A DNA stretch of 64,000 bases from Paramoeba atlantica (GCA_977017575.1 CDRNVI010000024.1:124001-188000); one strand, 5' to 3'; positions 40,307-51,576 are shown, numbered from the stretch's first letter. The notes: generated by a model from the letters alone, not told the origin. Made by a program: numbers and translations.

Positions 40307-42178
40307 TCATGACTTCAACATTGGTCTGTGCCTTTTAAAGGTGTTTAATCCAGGCTTGTCAGAGCCGTCCCCGAGGAGAGCAGGCACGTCCATTGTACCA
40401 GGCGTATCCTGCCTACCATAAGGTCGGAGTATTGTTTTAAACATCTCGTCAAACTCTAGGTACTCCGAAGGCGTGTGGTCTTTTCGAGGATCAACCTTGT
40501 TTAACTCCTCCTCCATGGCTGTACAGAGTGTGTCATCCCCGCAATGATGCGCCGAAAAGCGAACCAGTCGGGTCGTTTCAACACTAAGAGGTGTCAGACC
40601 CGCGTCTCGGGCTTTCATCCAAAACTCGATGGCTCGCATCCAGTGTCCCTGAGCTACGTTGGCTGCGATCAGAATATTTGAGAGATCCCACCGTGGTTGT
40701 GGCCGACAGTTGTCAATCAACCGTCCATGAATGGCAAACAAAACGGCCCAGTTCCTTTCCGTAAATGCTCTTCCCATAATACTTGCATACAAATCCGGTG
40801 CATTCGCCCGCAACGCCCCCGAGGAAAGCCCCCGATTCATCAACCGCAGCGCTTGTGCGGAACTCCCCACATCACTTGACTGCAAATACGCCGTAAACAC
40901 CCTTTCCACCAAATACTCACTCGGCACCATCCCCCTCTCCCTCATCTCCCCCAGCAACCCCATCCCCACCTCCCACGGCCCCGCACTCGGGCACAGCACA
41001 TTCCCCCTCCCCCTCCCCAGCGCCCTCACCACCTCCTCATACTCCAACGCCCCGACCCTTAGCCCGTTCCGCTGCAGCCCCCGCAGCAGCCCCAGCCCCA
41101 CCCCCCACGCCCCGGTCTCCTCCGCCGCGTGCAGCCCCATATGCACCGCCGCCTCATGGGGGGTCACCCCAACCGACAGCACGTGCCGGAGCACCGCGAC
41201 CACCTTCTCGTACCGCGCGGCCCGGTGACAGGCCAGCACGACGCGGTCGAAGGCGGGGGCCTCCACGGGGGATACCGCGTGGGGGGGGCGCGTGAGGTGG
41301 AGCAGGGCGTGGCAGGCGCTGTGCCACTGGGCCCCGAGCGCGTAGGCGTGGAGCAGGGCGGTGAGGAGGGGAGGGGGGGGGGAGGGGGCGTGGGGGTGGT
41401 GGGAGAGGAAGAGGGCGACGGCACGGGGCCACTGGGCGCTGAGGGTGCAGAGGGGGAGGAGGAGGAGGTAGCTCGCGGGGGTGAGGCGTACGGGGAGGGG
41501 GGAGGGGGTAGAGGTAGGGCTCATGGTGGGGGTAGAGGCCGTGTGGTTAGGTGTAGTGTTCGGTGGGGGGGGAGATGGAGTGGTGGAGGTAGTGGTCGAA
41601 GCTGTAGAGGTGCGGCTGTAGGGGTGGGATGGGGTGCTGTTAGATGTAGACGGAGGGGGTGTGGAGAGACGTGGGGGAGAGGAGGAGGAGGGAGAGGGAG
41701 AGGAGGATGGGTGTGTCATGGGGACACGGTCCTCGGCAGGGGGATAGAGGGAGAGTGCCGCGAACCAGCCGTTTTCGAAGGATCGACAGGCGCGGTAAAA
41801 AGTGTGGTAGGGACGTAGGAAGAGGTCATGCTGGGCGGAGAAGGGGGTGGGTTGTGGGGGGTAGGTTGGGATGTTGGGGTGGTGGAATGGGGCTGCGGGA
41901 GGGCGGTGGGAAGAGAGCTGAAAGTTTGCTTCTTCTTCAGCAGGCGTGTGGATATATTTCTGGTAGTACTGCATGGTGTGCTGCAAGGGCTCGAGACGTG
42001 GACTGTGAGCTCGGAGAGCGTCAAGGAGTCGGCAGGTAGTGTCGGGGGTCAGAGGCACATGGTGGTGCATTGCGTCCATTACGGCGCACATAGCGAGTTC
42101 CCATTGGGTGCACTGGCGCAGAAATTGGTGGAGTAAATGACGTCTAGCGACTAGTGTCCGTGTCCCTGCGCGAGGCAT
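40307..42178 (-). CDS. Pentatricopeptide-repeat protein with Pro/Ser/Thr-rich insert
   Basis: Tandem ~35-aa repeats, e.g. AFDRVVLACHRAARYEKVVAVLRHVLSVGVTP, WEVGMGLLGEMRERGMVPS. Confidence 0.8.
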   Translation of the reverse strand: MPRAGTRTLVARRHLLHQFLRQCTQWELAMCAVMDAMHHHVPLTPDTTCRLLDALRAHSPRLEPLQHTMQYYQKYIHTPAEEEANFQLSSHRPPAAPFHHPNIPTYPPQPTPFSAQHDLFLRPYHTFYRACRSFENGWFAALSLYPPAEDRVPMTHPSSSPSPSSSSPPRLSTPPPSTSNSTPSHPYSRTSTASTTTSTTPSPPPPNTTPNHTASTPTMSPTSTPSPLPVRLTPASYLLLLPLCTLSAQWPRAVALFLSHHPHAPSPPPPLLTALLHAYALGAQWHSACHALLHLTRPPHAVSPVEAPAFDRVVLACHRAARYEKVVAVLRHVLSVGVTPHEAAVHMGLHAAEETGAWGVGLGLLRGLQRNGLRVGALEYEEVVRALGRGRGNVLCPSAGPWEVGMGLLGEMRERGMVPSEYLVERVFTAYLQSSDVGSSAQALRLMNRGLSSGALRANAPDLYASIMGRAFTERNWAVLFAIHGRLIDNCRPQPRWDLSNILIAANVAQGHWMRAIEFWMKARDAGLTPLSVETTRLVRFSAHHCGDDTLCTAMEEELNKVDPRKDHTPSEYLEFDEMFKTILRPYGRQDTPGTMDVPALLGDGSDKPGLNTFKRHRPMLKS

Positions 42179-42430
42179 CGCCTGTTTGCTGTGTATCTTT
42201 TCAGAAGGATGGGTTCCGCATTTACATTAGAAGAAACAAACGTGACCTGTAAACTAAGACCTCGAACTTTAAAATCTCAAATAGAAGGTAGTTTAGTTCG
42301 TGGTGATTTATAGTTAAAAACAGTTTTTTACCCTGGTACTCGTATTTTACGATTTGCTGTTTACTCATCTTTCTCCAAACCTTGGTTGACACGAGCACAA
42401 ATCAATTTGGTGTGGACTTCGTTTACTGGA

Positions 42431-43096
42431 CTACAATTTTGGAACGCAAGCATCGATACGTAAATAAGATGAGGGAATCCAACCTTTGAGGATGGACTCA
42501 TGGGCTAAGTGCTTCTGCGCCAGGGTCCATAAGGAATCGGTGTCCTCAGTATGAACCCAAACCTCTTCTCCGGCGACAACAGAGAGTTCCTTCTCATCTC
42601 GTGCGTTGAAGTCGTACAGGACAGTTGCCTTGGGGAGTCCTGGGTCTACGTTTTGAGAGGGTGTAGTAGCTCCCGTGTCATGTTCCTTATTGCCGGCTTT
42701 TGAGGATTCTACCTTTTGTGCACGTTGGGTATCCGATTTTTCTTTTGTACTCTCCTCAATAGCCTTACTCGGATTTATTTTTATTCTTGACTCGTCCTGC
42801 CACAATGCCTTTTCTATAAAATATGCTGCCGCCGCGAGAAGGGCGAAAAGTGACAACCTTCGTGAGGCTCTCACAAGTGATGGAGGTAGAATTCGTTGTA
42901 GACCTCGAAACGTGTGATATACGGTAAACATCATGGTAAATAATTCATAACCCCCCTGAAGAAGGGAGTGCAGCAGTGCACGAACGTTTTGCCATTGAGG
43001 TGTGGGTTGGGGTGAGGTGCCCATGGCAGGGGGAGGACCTCTCATACGGGCTCCTGAATTTCCTTCCATCATGTGCGACGTAGTGAATGCATTCAT
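42431..43096 (-). CDS. PEX13: PEX13-like TM + SH3 peroxin
   Basis: Hydrophobic segments, SH3 ATVLYDFNARDEKELSV...GWIPSSYL, C-terminal PKL (PTS1-like, as in trypanosomatid PEX13.1). Confidence 0.65.
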   Translation of the reverse strand: MNAFTTSHMMEGNSGARMRGPPPAMGTSPQPTPQWQNVRALLHSLLQGGYELFTMMFTVYHTFRGLQRILPPSLVRASRRLSLFALLAAAAYFIEKALWQDESRIKINPSKAIEESTKEKSDTQRAQKVESSKAGNKEHDTGATTPSQNVDPGLPKATVLYDFNARDEKELSVVAGEEVWVHTEDTDSLWTLAQKHLAHESILKGWIPSSYLRIDACVPKL

Positions 43097-43361
43097 AAAG
43101 TGATCACGGAAAATAGAGGAAAAATAACTGAAACAAGGATAGCAAATAAAGTAGAATAAATTCTATCGAATAGAGTACGCCTTCCACAAGTCAAGAAACG
43201 TTCACTATATTCTCAGCCCTCAAGGTCAATTCGGGATGAGCTCCCGGTGAACGTCTTTGGAGTATTTACGATGAAACACAAAATCGCACTTTGAGATCAT
43301 CTTACACGATATCTTACACGTTATCGATACGCTCCGCAATAATATATTTTTTCTGCCATCC

Positions 43362-44378
43362 CTACTCCTCAATATTTTTACCAAAAAGGGGCATTCCAAC
43401 ACACACCTCCTGCCCTTCCTTGACGAGCATCGGGAGCTCTTTGGGAATGTCAAGGAGAAGCACAACACAGGACCCGAAAGCAAAATGCCCCAGACACTCG
43501 CCTTGCCTGGCATGATACCCAATGTTGTAGTCATAATGTACCGCATGGGTGCGAACATCAAATCGATTCGTTTTAACTCGCTGGTCGTAGTCAAGTCGCA
43601 CACTACCCACATTGGTAGCCCCAACAGCAACTAAAGAACATTTCTCCCCTTGTAGCACCACACGCTCATTGGACACAAGCAATCGTGGAAGCCAACGTAG
43701 CGCAGTCGATGTCACAGGAAGTAACGCCCCGGGAATGTGAACACTATGCATGATATTAAAATCCACAGGGGCGTGAAAACGATGATAATCCCCTGGTCTC
43801 AAATGAAACACTAAACACACGCGTCGCTCACTCTCTCGACAACGCAACACCTCGCGTTGTAGAAAGTTAGATAGCCGAAAGGAACACCCTTTGACTTGCT
43901 CAATCATCACATCAGCGCTCTCGGTGGTTTCAGGGATGGGAATAACACGTACGAGCTCACCATCGCAGGGCGAGGTGGCGACGGTGTCGGTTAGCAAATG
44001 CGACACCACACGGCGAGTCGAGTGTTCTCGGGTAAAAAATTGTTGCAATGTGCGATAGGAGGTGAGGCCTTCCTCCGGGAAGTCAATCCCGTAGAGGTAA
44101 ATAAAGGTTCGAATCGCACGTTGATGGACCCAAACGGGGAGGTACTCGCTGGAGGCGATGTTTCCGAAGGCGCGACTGAGTGCGTTCAGGGGGAGGGAGT
44201 ACAAAAAGGAGACCATAAGAGGGGAGGCAACGCTGTCGGGGGGGCGGGTGTAGCTTGCGGTGGCGTAGGAGTAGAGGACGGAGAGAGGCACCGCAAGTGC
44301 AACCCCGGCGAGGCATTTATGCCAGAGCCAGGGTCGTAACGGATTCGAGTAGGGAAGACAGCGAGAGGCTGAGCTCAT
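43362..44378 (-). CDS. PSD: Phosphatidylserine decarboxylase
   Basis: VATSPCDG, QVKG, HLRPGDYHRFHAP, NERVV, VGATNVGS, FAFGSCVV (autocleavage GS). Confidence 0.93.
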   Translation of the reverse strand: MSSASRCLPYSNPLRPWLWHKCLAGVALAVPLSVLYSYATASYTRPPDSVASPLMVSFLYSLPLNALSRAFGNIASSEYLPVWVHQRAIRTFIYLYGIDFPEEGLTSYRTLQQFFTREHSTRRVVSHLLTDTVATSPCDGELVRVIPIPETTESADVMIEQVKGCSFRLSNFLQREVLRCRESERRVCLVFHLRPGDYHRFHAPVDFNIMHSVHIPGALLPVTSTALRWLPRLLVSNERVVLQGEKCSLVAVGATNVGSVRLDYDQRVKTNRFDVRTHAVHYDYNIGYHARQGECLGHFAFGSCVVLLLDIPKELPMLVKEGQEVCVGMPLFGKNIEE

Positions 44379-44725
44379 GGTGCGAAATGAGGACGGGCAA
44401 TGATGGACGAGCGATGCGAAATCGACTTTCGAAAGAACAGAATGTGTTCGAGTCTTAAGAATTCTGGAGACAATTTTTCCAGGTCATTGTTTTCTGGCTG
44501 TTCCTATGGAAAGCAAATTATTAATATTACGCTCAAAACGTTTCATCATTTGGGTAGTGTTCCAGAGAAATAAAAGCGTCTCTTTAAAACCAGACATAAA
44601 ACTCCGTTTTTATTATAGGCGAAATAAAGGTCAAAGGGAGAAAAGAGAAAAAAAGCATACCCCAAGTAAGAGAGATTTGACCAACAGATTTGGCCAAGTA
44701 CGAAAAAAATTGTCACTTTCTGGCA

Positions 44726-46648
44726 TTAAGCTTCCTCTGCCCAAGCTAGCAGAAGACGTGGGTCATTGCGACACTCATCGAGCATTCGAACCCGGAGTTC
44801 CAAAAGTGATTTAATGTCATCAGAGCCCAGCCGAAGGGCAATTAATTCGAAAAGTGAGAAGAACATGTCTGCGTAGTCACCCGCTATATCACCAGGCAGG
44901 TCAGACACGGTAAGTGAAGAAAAATTATCATTACTCCCTGTTTTGTTAGTTGTTCTCCTTCGAGGATTGTGCTCTCCCTCATTTAGTAAAAGTGCGTCTC
45001 TTAGATTGTGTATATCAAGCAGAATTTCGCCAGCGGCACTGTAAAGAGGCTTAACCTCAACAGTAGAAGGGATGGCCAAGAGGGCGTTTCGGAGAAACCA
45101 AAGTAGAGAGACTACAACTCGAAAGACTCCGTAATGATCGTCACCCGGAAGAATGTTCCGTGAATTTCTCATGCCAAACTCCAAAATTTCTTGGTAACGG
45201 GCGCGTAGCTCTTGTGGAGAAAATCGTGAGTCCACGTTCTCCGTGCTACCCGTCTTTGACGATGCATGGCTGGTCTCAGGCTCCTGTGACGCCGAATCGA
45301 GAAGTAAAATAGATGCGGGAGATTTACCTTTGCTTATGTCGGTCCTTGGTCTGGCGACCGCCCGGTTCGGAAAGGTTGCCTGTTGACCCTCGACAGGATC
45401 CATAAGTCCAAATTTTTTCCGTTCATCCCACGGATCAACTGTGGCTACGTAGTGTGCCAATAGGTCCCGCGTGCACCGAGAAAGATTCCAACTTTGGCGT
45501 AGTACCGCACGTGATGCCAGAGCGCGACCATAGTATCGATACACCTCCAGCAGACTTTCCCAAATTTCGGTACTGCCACTGTAGAGCATGTTATACTCCA
45601 CATCCATTTGTATGAGTCTGCAAAAGAAAAGCACCCGAGCCTGGTTTTCGGGCTCGTTGGAGCCATAGCGCTCTATAGCACTGCGTAATGCAGTAAGATA
45701 TACTTGAGCAACGCCGACCTCCAGTGTGGTCTGTCCCTCGCTTTTTTGCTTTTCGAAAATTCGCTTCAGTGAGTAGAGATAGTTTTCCTTTCTTCCTGCA
45801 CCGCGGTCGATCTCTAGGTGAAAATGATCAGCCTCCAGCACAGTCTGAATATCATAGCGCATTGCCAGTAAGGTACCCTCTGCGGTCAAGAAAGTGGCTA
45901 TGCTCTCTAAGAAAGATGTTTCCGATTTCGGTACTCTTGACGCAAATGTCAGCGTATTTCGTAACCGGGTATCGCTGATAATATAGGACACATACGCCGC
46001 GTAACATTCAGTATCCAGTATCCCACGTAGCCCCTTCACATTTTCACGGAACCGGTAAAAGCATTGCTGCATAAGCGCATACAACGCCTTTTGACCATAC
46101 CGATGCGTTTCTTGCAAGCATAGCTGGTTGTACGTCGCCACCAACTCCGTTCGACGGATCTCACGAAACACCCCAATCTCCGGGGTCTCGGACGTGGCCG
46201 GCAACATATCCCACACCGTGTGAAGCACCTCCGTGGTGGCTTGATCCGGACGAGCCCCCGCGCTTTTCATCTCATCCCACAGCGCGAACAACTCCTGCGT
46301 GGAGACCGCCTCATGCCTCGCGGCCCTGGAGAGCATCACGTACATCGTGTCGACATCCACCTTCACTCCTCGAGCAAACATTTCCTTATAAAACGTAATC
46401 ATATCAGGAAAATTGCTACAGGAACGCAACGCCGCGTTGTACTCGTAAGTGAGATTTCGCAAGGAGTGGGCGAGGAACTCCCGAGGGGTTTTAGGGTTCA
46501 GCCCAACGAGCCAGGGCCGGGAGGGCCACTCACGGCGCTCCGTGACGGCGGTTGCGTAGGAGTCGATCCACTTGGGGTTGTGATGTGCCGGGTCCCATGC
46601 CTCACGTGGGATAAGCGCGGCGAGGCGTGGGGTAGCGGCAAGGAACAT
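44726..46648 (-). CDS. Mitochondrial PPR-containing protein
   Basis: EYNAALRSC...FYKEMFARGVKVDVDTMYVML, LWDEMKSAGARPDQAT. Confidence 0.7.
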   Translation of the reverse strand: MFLAATPRLAALIPREAWDPAHHNPKWIDSYATAVTERREWPSRPWLVGLNPKTPREFLAHSLRNLTYEYNAALRSCSNFPDMITFYKEMFARGVKVDVDTMYVMLSRAARHEAVSTQELFALWDEMKSAGARPDQATTEVLHTVWDMLPATSETPEIGVFREIRRTELVATYNQLCLQETHRYGQKALYALMQQCFYRFRENVKGLRGILDTECYAAYVSYIISDTRLRNTLTFASRVPKSETSFLESIATFLTAEGTLLAMRYDIQTVLEADHFHLEIDRGAGRKENYLYSLKRIFEKQKSEGQTTLEVGVAQVYLTALRSAIERYGSNEPENQARVLFFCRLIQMDVEYNMLYSGSTEIWESLLEVYRYYGRALASRAVLRQSWNLSRCTRDLLAHYVATVDPWDERKKFGLMDPVEGQQATFPNRAVARPRTDISKGKSPASILLLDSASQEPETSHASSKTGSTENVDSRFSPQELRARYQEILEFGMRNSRNILPGDDHYGVFRVVVSLLWFLRNALLAIPSTVEVKPLYSAAGEILLDIHNLRDALLLNEGEHNPRRRTTNKTGSNDNFSSLTVSDLPGDIAGDYADMFFSLFELIALRLGSDDIKSLLELRVRMLDECRNDPRLLLAWAEEA

Positions 46649-46816
46649 GGGTGGGAGATATCAAAGGGATGAAAGAAGTTACACTTGATAAAAAAGGAGG
46701 TTTTATCGAGGCGTAACTTTATTCACAATCACGAGTGATAAAATTCTTATGATTAGCGCAAAATGTTCATTTTAGAATTATTACATGAATTAATGTATAT
46801 CAATGATGTTTGCATT

Positions 46817-48019
46817 TTACGATCTAGAAAAATAATTCGCTTTATCATTGGGGATTGGCGTCATTCTTTCTACCCTTGATGTACCCGGATGACGTTGCAC
46901 TATTGTGGGATCTTCCCATGGGCGTAGGCTTGCCCTAGCCTGCACGATTTTCTCGTCAACCACAAAAGGAACTTTCTCAGCTGCAGACGAGCTCTTGTCC
47001 TCTTCATCAACGTCTTGATCAGGCAATCCTGGAATAGAACTAAATATTGATACTTTGTTTGTACGTTTTAAGTTGCCAGCAAATCTTTCTCTTATGTGAA
47101 CGTGAGTTGTTATGTAGTAGCCCCCTTGTTTCTGCATTTTTTTCAGTCTAAAAAACGCTCGGCGATCTTTCATAAACCTCAGCAACCCACCTTTCATGGC
47201 AAGATGCTCTCTCACTTCGTCGCTTAACGCAGCATTAATTTCAGTGAGGTGAAGAGGAACTATCTTTTCCCCGTTATCATGCAAACGAAACTGCTTCATG
47301 ATCTCTTTCATTATCCCATCGTTGATACGCTTCGCAAAAACTTGTTTTTCAGAAGCTTTTCTTCTCTTAACTTTTTTCCTGATGTCGGACAATATTGTTA
47401 AAGGTTTTTCACTCCCATCATTGGAGCATTCTGGTGTGTCATCGACAGAGCATTGATCGTCTACAGGTGATTTCCCCAGCGGTGCACCAAATGTGGTCGA
47501 GGGTTCTGTATTTTCGCTCACAAAATGAAGGGGTGGGGGGACGCTTTTCGGGGGCGAATGCCTTCTACTGAAAGAGGTAGCAGTGAAAGGTGATGGCGCA
47601 AGTGATTGGTCGGCCATCGAAAATGGAGTTTGATTACCAGGAAACGCAGAAACTTGTGAGTGCGTAGAACCATGCGAGGAAAAAGGAAAGGATGTCACAG
47701 TACTATTTTGCTCACGCTCTGCTAAGTGTTTTTCTGATGTAAAAATAGGTAAATCAGGACCATTTGGTGCAGTCGTTGGTATAGGAATGCATTTTCTAAG
47801 TTCGCGTACGTTATAGTCGGTTCCAGCGTTATTATAGGAGTCAGGCACAGGAACTTGATCAGTTAAATCCCTCTTTAGTATTGAAGGGACCTCCTCTAAT
47901 TTGTTGGAATTCTTTTCGATATCACTCGACTTAGATGTTGGTCGCTGATAACCCCCGAACAGACTAGAGTATACGAATCGCGTTCTACTATAACTCATGC
48001 AACGAGTGCAAGAAATCAT
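46817..48019 (-). CDS. Hypothetical mitochondrial-type protein with C-terminal winged-helix/LOTUS-like segment
   Basis: Arg/Ser-rich N-terminus, disordered middle, LTEINAAL...KGGLLRFMKDRRAFF. First ATG at 48019. Confidence 0.6.
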   Translation of the reverse strand: MISCTRCMSYSRTRFVYSSLFGGYQRPTSKSSDIEKNSNKLEEVPSILKRDLTDQVPVPDSYNNAGTDYNVRELRKCIPIPTTAPNGPDLPIFTSEKHLAEREQNSTVTSFPFSSHGSTHSQVSAFPGNQTPFSMADQSLAPSPFTATSFSRRHSPPKSVPPPLHFVSENTEPSTTFGAPLGKSPVDDQCSVDDTPECSNDGSEKPLTILSDIRKKVKRRKASEKQVFAKRINDGIMKEIMKQFRLHDNGEKIVPLHLTEINAALSDEVREHLAMKGGLLRFMKDRRAFFRLKKMQKQGGYYITTHVHIRERFAGNLKRTNKVSIFSSIPGLPDQDVDEEDKSSSAAEKVPFVVDEKIVQARASLRPWEDPTIVQRHPGTSRVERMTPIPNDKANYFSRS

Positions 48020-48335
48020 TGCTGACGTAAGTTTCTGCGCAACCAAGTAGAAAGTGATTACGTATCTATCGTATATTCGTACTTTAATACCTACTCAGCA
48101 ACGCACGTACCCTTAATACATTTCCATGTATCATTACATTTCCTCAAATATCAAAAGGTATAAAAAATTAAAAAATACTGTGCTCCCTCTAGTTGTATCA
48201 TTTTTTACCGTTATATTGCATTATTATACTGCTTTAATCCCCTCGGGCGACCCTTGAACTTCTGATGTCTCGTAATAACTTTTCTGATCTTTTTCGAATG
48301 ACAAACCTTATACCGTTTTCATTTTTGCATGAAAG

Positions 48336-48397
48336 TCAGCGGTTGTGCGTCATGCTGTGCGCACGAGATTGGAGAGCAGGAGTCGTAACTCATCACT
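48336..48397 (-). ncRNA. Possible box C/D snoRNA
   Basis: GTGATGA ... CTGA over 62 nt on the transcribed strand in an intergenic gap; no target identified. Confidence 0.25.
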
Positions 48398-48603
48398 ATC
48401 ACCATCGCCATCACTTTCGGACACATCTTACTTCACAGATGAATCAGATTGACCCCCTGAATCTCTTCTCCATTACCCTCGTTACAGCTAGGGTGTCACC
48501 TTTTCCGAAGGTAGCGACAACTAACTAGTGGGGTGCTGTACTAGTACTAAAACTAAATGTTTTAGTTTCTAACATCCAACGTTTTAATTTTTCATCTCAA
48601 ACG

Positions 48604-50322
48604 TTATTTCGACGGCGTCTTATTTTGTCGCACCTTTTGATGTATCCATTTTCTAATTCCTTCTTCAAAGGCGGTATACTGATTCGAATTCGAAAGCATT
48701 TCAATGTAGACAAGAATATTTTCACAAAACTCACGCTGACGACTTTCGTTTAGATTAGCCAAGTGATCAATCAGTGCGGTAGAAGAGCCTAAATCCGCAA
48801 TACACTGTTCAAAAATAAAATGCGTATCCTGATCCACAGGTGACGACAGCAACATCAGGTACAAGAGGGGAAAGGCATTTTCCTTTCTTTGGAGATAAGA
48901 AAGTACTTCGTAACAACGTGAAATTAGAGCGAATGGGATTGGCAAGTTACGCAAAAAGCTTACATGAAGAAGCCTCCGGGCTGTCGAGGAAGTTAGAGTT
49001 TGTTGACTACGAGAAGCAAGAAGGCAAAGATGTCTCAATATGGAAGGAATCAGTTTAGGATAATATTCCTCATTTCCAAGTGCCATCAAACAAATTTTTA
49101 TGATGTCGTACCCCTCTTCTAATTCACAAAGTCTAGTCAACATTGGAACAAGAGCGGCACTAAGCAATTCCTTAGAGCTCCTCTTTGTGTCTTTCGAGCG
49201 AAGAGCCATTTCGGTAGTTATAGCACAGATAAACAAATCTTGAGCACTAAGCAAATGATTGGTCTGAGTAAACAAGCGACTAGATACTAGCTCTCCCCAA
49301 ACAGCTGCAAAAGACTTCACATTTGCGCTCCTTGATTTCCAAGTCAGGTAAAGTGCCCTCGCAATCGAGGCAATGTGTTCAGCCCGAAACATTTTTCTGT
49401 GAACTCGACATTGATCCTCTAAGATTTCGACCCATGAAGCTTCTAGTGGAGTATCTTGCCCCATACCAATAGACCATATAGCAATCAATACATCTCTGGA
49501 GTCAAGCATATATTTCTCAGAACTCGCAGGCAAAACTCTAGAGAGTGTCATGTACCTACTTGCATAGTATTTGTGATGTGACAGCAATATACAGTTGTCA
49601 ATTTTTACGAAGTTTTGTGACTCCAATGAATGTTTTTTAAGGTTATACATTTGGCCCGAGCTTCTTTTTTCTGCACTAATACCATCTGCGTTGTTCTCAT
49701 CAGCTTTTCGCATGATATCAAAGGTAGGATGTGGCAAACTCAATAGAGGCAGAACACTATGTGTAACGCCTCGTTCCTGTAAGATGCAATACGTCAATAT
49801 ATAAAGAGCACTAGATATTTCACGTAGAGTTAGCTCGTCATCATCCCTCCTCCTAATAACTTCATGAAGGAGCACTTCTTGGACTTTAGTGCTTCCTAGC
49901 GCAAGAAGTCCCTTAAGTGCGCAAAGAGATAAGCTATCAACACTGACCGACTTACTTACACAAATAACGTATTCTAAAAAGTCCCTCAGACGAGGTGGAC
50001 TGCATCCTAAGTCAAATAGGCCCTCGCAAAGAGGGAGAAAGTGTGCCAGTTCAAGATGGCGGGAGACCGCTGCTTGATTCGTATCACTGAAATTGCAAAC
50101 CACACCTTGTGTCGGATTCGCAAAACTACTCAGCATACTAGTTTCGGGCATGAAATCTTTTAGTGCGACGTTAACTACGTCGAAGTATTTTTTGTAAATG
50201 TCAGAATTTTCAACAATATATCCCATTGGATTCAAAACTCGATGGAAGTGGCTTACAACTTCTCGTCTAAAATTGGTGAAAGCTTGAACATGCGTCAGAA
50301 TTTGAGGCGTAGTGGACTGCAT
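48604..50322 (-). CDS. Hypothetical alpha-helical protein
   Basis: 572-aa ATG ORF; no motif recognised. Confidence 0.7.
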   Translation of the reverse strand: MQSTTPQILTHVQAFTNFRREVVSHFHRVLNPMGYIVENSDIYKKYFDVVNVALKDFMPETSMLSSFANPTQGVVCNFSDTNQAAVSRHLELAHFLPLCEGLFDLGCSPPRLRDFLEYVICVSKSVSVDSLSLCALKGLLALGSTKVQEVLLHEVIRRRDDDELTLREISSALYILTYCILQERGVTHSVLPLLSLPHPTFDIMRKADENNADGISAEKRSSGQMYNLKKHSLESQNFVKIDNCILLSHHKYYASRYMTLSRVLPASSEKYMLDSRDVLIAIWSIGMGQDTPLEASWVEILEDQCRVHRKMFRAEHIASIARALYLTWKSRSANVKSFAAVWGELVSSRLFTQTNHLLSAQDLFICAITTEMALRSKDTKRSSKELLSAALVPMLTRLCELEEGYDIIKICLMALGNEEYYPKLIPSILRHLCLLASRSQQTLTSSTARRLLHVSFLRNLPIPFALISRCYEVLSYLQRKENAFPLLYLMLLSSPVDQDTHFIFEQCIADLGSSTALIDHLANLNESRQREFCENILVYIEMLSNSNQYTAFEEGIRKWIHQKVRQNKTPSK

Positions 50323-50796
50323 AAAAGGAAATAAAAAGAAGTTGTTTTGTAGAAAAACATTACGAAGAGTGCATGTAATACTACACGTGAGCTACATGTA
50401 TATTGCAATGGACATGTTCTACAATAGACAAGATAGACTGGTCATTTAGACCCGATAACGCTCTGCGCTCAAGTTCGTTTCTAAAGAAAACTAGTTTAAG
50501 AAGCAACGACACAGTTTAACATTCCAATTTGAAGGCGTTTAAAATACAAAAAAAGTAGAGAAAAAGGGTTTTCTGCTGTCTTTTACTATTTGCACCATTA
50601 ATAATTAACGGTTAGTAACTAATTTATAATTACTCATAATTATAGAGTCGCTAGAGTCGACGTAATCTATATTTTTTGTACGGGTTATTATAACCAAAAA
50701 AAAGTCTCCGAATTACCTTGTCCGCGTGACATTCAAAATTGCACAGAGCGTAGCAGTGAATAGCGCTAGTAATGTGTACTTCGTATAGAAATAAGC

Positions 50797-51375
50797 TCAC
50801 TCATGAATTTCCAGAATATCGGTATCGAAAATTTCAAGAAACCCCAATGATTTCGGTCGTTTACTAACGTAAGTTTGGCCACTCAGATACGGATTGTTGG
50901 ATAGAGATAGAACAATAATTCCTTCACGTAACGCCAAAAAGTCCACAATACCTTCAAAACTATTATGTTCAAGGTAAAGCTCCGTCAGTGTGAGAGGGAG
51001 TGAATCCAACAGCACCTTACCGGTAAACTTGTTGTGCGATAAATTGAACACTTGAAGTATTTCAGGAAGGTATTCCCAACCTACAGTCCCCGATAGTTCA
51101 TTGCTTTGCAAGGAAAAGAGTACTACGGTCGAGGGAAGGTGTTGCCAACATATTTTTCCCTTGAGAAATCTTGCACCCCAATGGATTTTTGTCACCCGCC
51201 CCTCAGAGTCCAGTATAATTCCATTCCAGTTTTTTAAAGGAACGGCTGCACACCAAGTTGGATTCGGATTATCAATACGACGGACGAGTTGCTCTAGGTC
51301 GTATTCCACCGGAAGATATGCGCCACGTACCTTGCTTGGCCGCGAACAGCCTTCTGGGGTGTGGTTGTCCGCCAT
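50797..51375 (-). CDS. Short LRR protein (N-cap + ~24-aa repeats), no signal peptide or TM
   Basis: WCAAVPLKNWNGI cap; LPSTVVLFSLQSNELSG, LPEILQVFNLSHNKFTG, LPLTLTELYLEHNSFEG. Confidence 0.85.
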   Translation of the reverse strand: MADNHTPEGCSRPSKVRGAYLPVEYDLEQLVRRIDNPNPTWCAAVPLKNWNGIILDSEGRVTKIHWGARFLKGKICWQHLPSTVVLFSLQSNELSGTVGWEYLPEILQVFNLSHNKFTGKVLLDSLPLTLTELYLEHNSFEGIVDFLALREGIIVLSLSNNPYLSGQTYVSKRPKSLGFLEIFDTDILEIHE

Positions 51376-51504
51376 GAAAAGAAGTTATAGTTAATGAAAC
51401 CGCAGCGCAATACTGCACACAATCCTATACTTAATACTTGCTTGGGATTAAAAATAAATTTATACATTGTATGAAGGACTCTTTGACGCACTCCTGTAAG
51501 TACT

Positions 51505-51576
51505 GTACAGTTACTACGCTACACGTAGTAGTTACTACGTGTACGCTACACGTACAGTTACTACGCTACACGTACA
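51505..51576. repeat. Direct repeat of a 23-bp unit with a partial copy between
   Basis: GTACAGTTACTACGCTACACGTA at 51505-51527 and 51552-51574. Confidence 0.8.
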
